A stretch of DNA of 64,000 bases from Limnohabitans sp. (GTDB lineage Bacteria > Pseudomonadota > Gammaproteobacteria > Burkholderiales > Burkholderiaceae_C): assembly GCA_040401095.1 (NCBI GenBank), contig JBBAOY010000005.1, positions 4,114 through 68,113 on the forward strand, in the 5' to 3' direction. Positions 59,209 through 64,000 of the stretch are shown one piece after another; positions within the stretch are counted from its first letter, which is position 1; the number at the start of each line of letters is the position of its first letter. Both the position numbers and the translations under genes were made by a program. Under the pieces are notes generated by a model. The model did no database searches. It was not told the origin of the DNA and saw nothing but the letters and a program-made list of their open reading frames with translations.

Positions 59209-60486
59209 TCAATACAACCAGCGTGCTGGCACCATCACGATGGCTGGAAATAGCACCATTAAGAACATGACCAAGAACTGCACGGCCATGAACGGTAAAA
59301 CACCACGTGTCACATCGTCCATGCGCATGCGCCCGACACCAGCAACCACATTCAACACGGTTCCAACAGGTGGGGTCACCAAACCTATGGAGTTATTGAT
59401 AATGAACAAGACGCCAAAATAAATAGGATCGATGCCTGCGGCTTTGACAATGGGCATTAATACAGGCGTCAAGATCAAAATAGTCGGCGTCATATCCATT
59501 GCAGTGCCAACAATCATGCATAAGACCATGATGGCCGCCATCAACAACATGGGCTTATCCATTAAAGGTTGCAATAAATCCACCACTTGGGCAGGCAAAT
59601 TAGCTACCGTGATGAGCCAGGCCGACACCATCGCCGCCGCCACTAAGAACATGATCACAGACGTAGTCTTTGCAGCTGATCTGAACACATCAAACAATTG
59701 GTACCAAGTAAGTTCACGATAAATGACACCCGCAACAAACAAGGCATAGACAGCAGCCACCACAGCCGCCTCGGTTGGCGTGAAAACGCCCATGCGCAAT
59801 CCCACCAAAATAATCAAAGGCAGCATCAAAGCCCAGCCAGCACTGCGCATGGCCGCAAAAACTTCAGCGGTTGTTTTACGAGCTGGTGGTGTCAAGTCTT
59901 CTTTGCGTGTGCACCACCACCAAGTCGCCCATAAACCTGCCGCCAACACGATGCCAGGAAAAATGCCAGCCAAAAATAATTTACTGATAGACACATTGGC
60001 AGCCACACCAAAGATCACAAAGCCAATCGAAGGCGGAATGATCGGGCCGATCACGCCGCACGCTGCTATCAATCCACCGCTGCGTGCTTTGTCATGCCCT
60101 GCTTTGACCATCATGGGCAACAACAAGGCCGTCAAAGCCGCAGCATCTGCTACGGCAGAACCAGACAGCGCGGACAAAAGACAAGCCGCCACAATCGTTA
60201 CATAACCTAGGCCGCCACGAATGTGGCCGACCAAGGCCATGGCGAAATCCACAATCCTTCTGGATAAGCCGCCGGTATTCATCACTTCACCAGCCAACAT
60301 AAAAAATGGAACAGCAAGAAGCGGGAAGCTGTTAGAGCCTTCGATCACGTTTTGCGCCAATATTTGCGCGTCAAACATATTCATGTGCCACATCAAAGCT
60401 GCGCCACATAACAACAAAGAGAAAGCAATAGGCACACCCAGCGCCATAGCAGCAAGAAGGGATCCTAAAAATACAACGATAGTCAT
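59209..60486 (-). CDS. dctM: TRAP transporter large permease (DctM)
   Basis: 425 aa polytopic protein. MTIVVFLGSLLAAMALGVPIAFSL is a DctM-type N-terminus. Confidence 0.92.
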   Translation of the reverse strand: MTIVVFLGSLLAAMALGVPIAFSLLLCGAALMWHMNMFDAQILAQNVIEGSNSFPLLAVPFFMLAGEVMNTGGLSRRIVDFAMALVGHIRGGLGYVTIVAACLLSALSGSAVADAAALTALLLPMMVKAGHDKARSGGLIAACGVIGPIIPPSIGFVIFGVAANVSISKLFLAGIFPGIVLAAGLWATWWWCTRKEDLTPPARKTTAEVFAAMRSAGWALMLPLIILVGLRMGVFTPTEAAVVAAVYALFVAGVIYRELTWYQLFDVFRSAAKTTSVIMFLVAAAMVSAWLITVANLPAQVVDLLQPLMDKPMLLMAAIMVLCMIVGTAMDMTPTILILTPVLMPIVKAAGIDPIYFGVLFIINNSIGLVTPPVGTVLNVVAGVGRMRMDDVTRGVLPFMAVQFLVMFLMVLFPAIVMVPARWLY

Positions 60487-60504
60487 GTTTGAATTCCTTG
60501 GTTT

Positions 60505-61044
60505 TTATTTGAGCGGAGCTGGAACATTCATAGGCTCTTCTTCAGACTCCCGCACGCCAATTAATTCGCTGTCAGCCAATTCACCTCTAAATAAACGCAA
60601 CATATGGTCAATCAAAATCAACGCGCCTGAAACAGCAAGCACCATGCCGCAAGCATAAAAAATACCCATAGAGGCTTCCATCACCGCACTGGTGGAATCC
60701 CAATTGATGATGGTTTGGTCCAGCGATCCTTTAAATAGCAACCAACAAATGAAAAGCATCAGTCCGTGACCAATGACTAAAAATATTTTTTGCCAACGTA
60801 CAGAAAGCCTGGATACCAAGGTGTCAGAACCTAAGTGCGCGCCATCTTTCATCGCCACAATGGCACCTAAGAAAGTTACCCACACAAATAACCACCGCGA
60901 CAACTCTTCTGACAAGGTGATGCCGGAGTTAAAGGCATAACGCATCACCACATTACCGAAAACCAATACAACCATCAGCGCGAGAGCAATGGAAATCAAG
61001 ATTTCTAAAAGCCGGCAATAACGATCTAACAAACGGTTAAGCAT
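60505..61044 (-). CDS. dctQ: TRAP transporter small permease (DctQ)
   Basis: About 179 aa with 4 hydrophobic spans, located upstream of dctM. Start set to MLNRLLDRYCRLLE. Confidence 0.85.
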   Translation of the reverse strand: MLNRLLDRYCRLLEILISIALALMVVLVFGNVVMRYAFNSGITLSEELSRWLFVWVTFLGAIVAMKDGAHLGSDTLVSRLSVRWQKIFLVIGHGLMLFICWLLFKGSLDQTIINWDSTSAVMEASMGIFYACGMVLAVSGALILIDHMLRLFRGELADSELIGVRESEEEPMNVPAPLK

Positions 61045-61082
61045 GGGAATTTTCCGGAAAAATAAAAGCCAAGACAAAATGT

Positions 61083-61096
61083 ACTAAGCAGTTAGT
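61083..61096. promoter_or_regulatory. Palindrome ACTAAGCAGTTAGT upstream of dctQ, candidate TetR operator
   Basis: ACTAA-gcag-TTAGT lies in the 83-nt gap between the TetR gene stop and the dctQ start. Confidence 0.2.
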
Positions 61097-61160
61097 TTGT
61101 TGCCGCCTAGTAAAAACCCTATATTTTTGAAGACATCACCCACTATCTGCTATGTAAATT

Positions 61161-61850
61161 TCAAATAACGCAAAAACGCTGCACCATTTCGATCACTCTC
61201 TGCCTGCGCTGGGCCAAAGATTTAGGGGTGTAACCGTTGCGTTTGAAGATCAAATCGAATGTGTAGCGATTTGAAACATTAAAGAACGTCAGCGCAGAAA
61301 TAGAGGCATGGATATCGATAGGGTCCAAGCCTTTTCTAAAGACGCCCTGCTTCACCCCGCGCTCATAAAGTTCTTGGATGGACTCGATCACCGACACATT
61401 GAGTTCTTGTATCAACTTACTCTGTGCCAAATATTCACCGCGTTGGATGTTCTCAGACATGACTAAGCGGACAAAGTCTTGGTTGCCGTGATGGTGGTCA
61501 AAAGTAAAGCCTACCAATTTAGCCAATGCCTCTGCGGGTGGCAAATCGGCTAATTGCAAATCAGACTCGGTTTGGCGAATGCTGCGATACGACTCTTCGA
61601 GAACAGCGAGGTACAGCCCCTCTTTGCTACCGAAGTAGTAATAGATCATGCGCTTGCTGGTGTGGGTGGCGTCAGCAATGGCATCGATACGCGCACCCGC
61701 CAAACCCTTAGCGGCAAACTCTTGCGTAGCCACTGCCATGATGCCCGCCATCGTGCGCGCAGGATCATTGGTACGGGTCGTGACGCGCTGGCGTTTTACT
61801 TTTGGCTTAGCAAGTGCAGTCTTAGATTTGGAATGTACTAGTTCGTTCAT
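61161..61850 (-). CDS. TetR/AcrR-family transcriptional regulator
   Basis: ARIDAIADATHTSKRMIYYYFGSKEGLYLAVLEE HTH signature. ATG at 61850. Confidence 0.88.
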   Translation of the reverse strand: MNELVHSKSKTALAKPKVKRQRVTTRTNDPARTMAGIMAVATQEFAAKGLAGARIDAIADATHTSKRMIYYYFGSKEGLYLAVLEESYRSIRQTESDLQLADLPPAEALAKLVGFTFDHHHGNQDFVRLVMSENIQRGEYLAQSKLIQELNVSVIESIQELYERGVKQGVFRKGLDPIDIHASISALTFFNVSNRYTFDLIFKRNGYTPKSLAQRRQRVIEMVQRFCVI

Positions 61851-61912
61851 TCGCAAAGTATAAAACGCAAAGCTTTACGCAATCTATACCATGGCTTAAG
61901 CAAAGCACCCAG

Positions 61913-62638
61913 TTAAACCTTGACGGCAGCGCCCAAAAACAAGCGATCCATTTCGGGGTCGGCCAAGATCTCGGCTGCAGACTGGTGTAGGACCAAGCGA
62001 CCAGACTCCAAAGCAATTGCTTCATCGGAATACTTCAAGGCACTCTTAACGTTTTGTTCCACCATTAATATGGTCGTGCCTTGGTCTGCCAGTTTTCTCA
62101 AGAGTTTAAAAACGTCTTGCACGACTATCGGTGACAAACCTATAGAAGGCTCGTCGATCAGTAGTACCTTGGGGCGCAATAGCAGCGCGCGGCCGATCTC
62201 CAACTGCTTTTGCTCACCGCCTGACAAAGAAGCCGCCGCTGAGTTCATACGCGCTTTCACACGCGGAAAAAACTCCAGCACTTCGGGGATTCGTTCGTGC
62301 GTTGTTTTCATGCCAATGGTGATACCGCCAAGTTCCAAGTTTTCATACACAGAGAGTTGACCAAACAAATTACGTCCTTGTGGCACAAAGGCAATGCCTT
62401 TCGCCAGCAAATCTTTTTGGCTGGCGCCTGAAATCTCTTCGCCGTTCAAATAAACCTGTCCTTGCTTCGGAGTCAGCAAACCAAACAAGGTCTTGAGCAC
62501 TGTCGACTTACCTGCCCCATTAGGCCCAATCAACAAAGTGATCGAACCTGTTGGCACGCTGAAAGACAAGTCGTTGAGAATCATGAAATCCTTGTAACCC
62601 GCGACGACATCTTTAAATTCAATGCATGGAGTGGTCAT
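61913..62638 (-). CDS. livF: Branched-chain amino acid-type (HAAT) ABC transporter ATP-binding protein, LivF-like
   Basis: Walker A GPNGAGKST, signature LSGGEQ, Walker B LLLIDEPS. Confidence 0.88.
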   Translation of the reverse strand: MTTPCIEFKDVVAGYKDFMILNDLSFSVPTGSITLLIGPNGAGKSTVLKTLFGLLTPKQGQVYLNGEEISGASQKDLLAKGIAFVPQGRNLFGQLSVYENLELGGITIGMKTTHERIPEVLEFFPRVKARMNSAAASLSGGEQKQLEIGRALLLRPKVLLIDEPSIGLSPIVVQDVFKLLRKLADQGTTILMVEQNVKSALKYSDEAIALESGRLVLHQSAAEILADPEMDRLFLGAAVKV

Positions 62639-62639
62639 C

Positions 62640-63398
62640 TCAATTTCCTAAGTAGGCGTCGAGCACTTGCTTATTCGCGCGTATTTCTGCGGGTGTACCA
62701 ATAGCAAGCACCTCGCCCTCCACCATCACCATGATGCGATGGCATAGCGCCATCACAAAGTCCATGTTGTGTTCGATCACTACAAAACTGCCTTTGCGCG
62801 ACTGGTTGAGTTCTTTTAACAACTTCGATATCTCACCCACCAATGCAGGGTTCACACCTGCGCAGGGTTCATCAAGTAATACCAAATCAGGCTCACTCAT
62901 AAATGCCATGGCGATATCGACCAACTTTTGTTGTCCGTAACTCAGTTCACCGGCTTTTTTGTCTGCGACATGGCTGATGTGAAATTGTTCGATCAATGCA
63001 TCAGCCTTGCCACCCAAGCCCGAATCACCTGGCGCGAACATACGACTAAACAAACTGCCTTGGTGCTCTTGGGCAGCAACGATCAAGTTGTCGCGCACCG
63101 TCATCTTGCCAAACACTTGCAAGGTCTGGAAGGTGCGGCCTACGCCTAAGCGATTGAGTTCTAACGGACCCAAAGTAGTCACATCTTGGCCATTGAGTTC
63201 GATCTTGCCTTCGTCTGGCGTGATCTGCCCCAACATGCTGTTGAACAAAGTCGTTTTGCCAGAACCATTGGGGCCAATGACCCCAAAGATTTCTCCAGGG
63301 CGCACTTCAAACGAAACGCCGCCAACCGCTTGAATTGCGCCATAGGCTTTTTTCAAGCCCGTCACTTTCAAAACAGGGTGGTTGTTAGTCAAGGTCAT
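62640..63398 (-). CDS. livG: HAAT ABC transporter ATP-binding protein, LivG-like
   Basis: GPNGSGKTT, LSYGQQK, LVLLDEPCAG, and a C-terminal LivG-type extension. Confidence 0.88.
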   Translation of the reverse strand: MTLTNNHPVLKVTGLKKAYGAIQAVGGVSFEVRPGEIFGVIGPNGSGKTTLFNSMLGQITPDEGKIELNGQDVTTLGPLELNRLGVGRTFQTLQVFGKMTVRDNLIVAAQEHQGSLFSRMFAPGDSGLGGKADALIEQFHISHVADKKAGELSYGQQKLVDIAMAFMSEPDLVLLDEPCAGVNPALVGEISKLLKELNQSRKGSFVVIEHNMDFVMALCHRIMVMVEGEVLAIGTPAEIRANKQVLDAYLGN

Positions 63399-64000
63399 GC
63401 TTTCACCCCTTGCGGCGCTAGTGGCTTGCCTGTGGATGCGCGCAACGCAGACGCGTCACGCGACTGGCGCTTGGCGCGAATGCGGTCTGGAATACTTAAC
63501 AAGCCATCCGGCAGCCAAATCATCAAAACCACTACGGCACTGCCAAATACAAACAAATACCAAGCTTGCGCAAAACGCAACCACTCAGGCAAGATCACGC
63601 CCACCGCAGCGCCAATCATGGGACCAAAGAAGTAACCAGGGCCACCGACCACCACCATCAGATACATCATGATGGAAGCTTCCACATTAAACGGAGAGGG
63701 GTCAATGAATTGCACCAATGAGGCAAACAAGCCCCCAGCGATACCTGCATAAGCCGCACCAATGGCGAAGCTCAACAAGGTGTAATTACGAATATCAACG
63801 CCCAAGCTTTCGGCGCGTATGGGGTTATCACGCAAAGCGGTGAAAGCTTTACCCCAAGGCGAACGTAATAGACCTAAAAGTAGGACAGCCAATACAAGCG
63901 CAATACCCAACACCAAGTAGTAATAAGCCAAATTGCCATCGAAGCTGATGCCAAAAGCTTCCGGACGTGCGATGTTATTGATACCAAAGGTGCCGCCTGT
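63395..64000 (-). CDS. livM: HAAT ABC transporter permease, LivM-like (5' part beyond the right window edge)
   Basis: Hydrophobic C-terminal permease segment. The frame stays open to the window edge. The stop overlaps the livG start. Confidence 0.8.
   Translation of the reverse strand, partial: TGGTFGINNIARPEAFGISFDGNLAYYYLVLGIALVLAVLLLGLLRSPWGKAFTALRDNPIRAESLGVDIRNYTLLSFAIGAAYAGIAGGLFASLVQFIDPSPFNVEASIMMYLMVVVGGPGYFFGPMIGAAVGVILPEWLRFAQAWYLFVFGSAVVVLMIWLPDGLLSIPDRIRAKRQSRDASALRASTGKPLAPQGVKA

Overview
The window is gene-dense, about 90% coding, and reads as core chromosome of a betaproteobacterium. The Burkholderiales/Comamonadaceae-like assignment is an inference from gene order, an EarP plus EF-P(Arg32) pair, and roughly 50% GC judged by eye.

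Housekeeping content, left to right:
- ftsH (partial), rlmE, yhbY, greA, carBA.
- The conserved ribosome/envelope supercluster rpsB-tsf-pyrH-frr-cdsA-dxr-bamA-skp-lpxD-fabZ-lpxA-lpxB-rnhB. Here it lacks uppS and rseP.
- dadA-like, rnr, tRNA-Leu(CAG), rimO, tRNA-Val(GAC), relA, bdhA.
- ispDF, mfd, serB, uvrC, earP-efp.
- dnaG and rpoD.

Less universal content:
- A tightly packed 7-gene minus-strand operon: HDAC-like deacylase, hotdog thioesterase, nitroreductase, pncB, nhaD, rmuC, MFS. It is divergent from a phasin gene.
- A patatin-like lipoprotein and an HSD10-like SDR fused in context to dnaG.
- A DUF1778/GNAT (TacA/TacT-type) toxin-antitoxin pair just after the rpoD terminator.
- A TetR-controlled TRAP-transporter plus quinate/shikimate catabolic operon. 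Its dehydroshikimate dehydratase is encoded as two separate genes in inverted domain order.
- The 3' end of a LIV-type ABC importer.

I found no CRISPR array, integrase, transposase, prophage, large non-coding gap or multi-gene block of unknown function. I cannot support a claim of a large novel system in this window. The best leads are modest:
- The 16-unit A-K-x-x histone-H1-like repeat at the RpoD N-terminus.
- The split, order-inverted dehydroshikimate dehydratase inside a TRAP-linked quinate operon.
- The translationally coupled HDAC/thioesterase/nitroreductase triad.
- The TA insertion.
- Several candidate cis-regulatory structures.

The ORF track translates GTG and TTG starts as M and reports the longest ORF. 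Several starts were therefore trimmed by reading the sequence directly.
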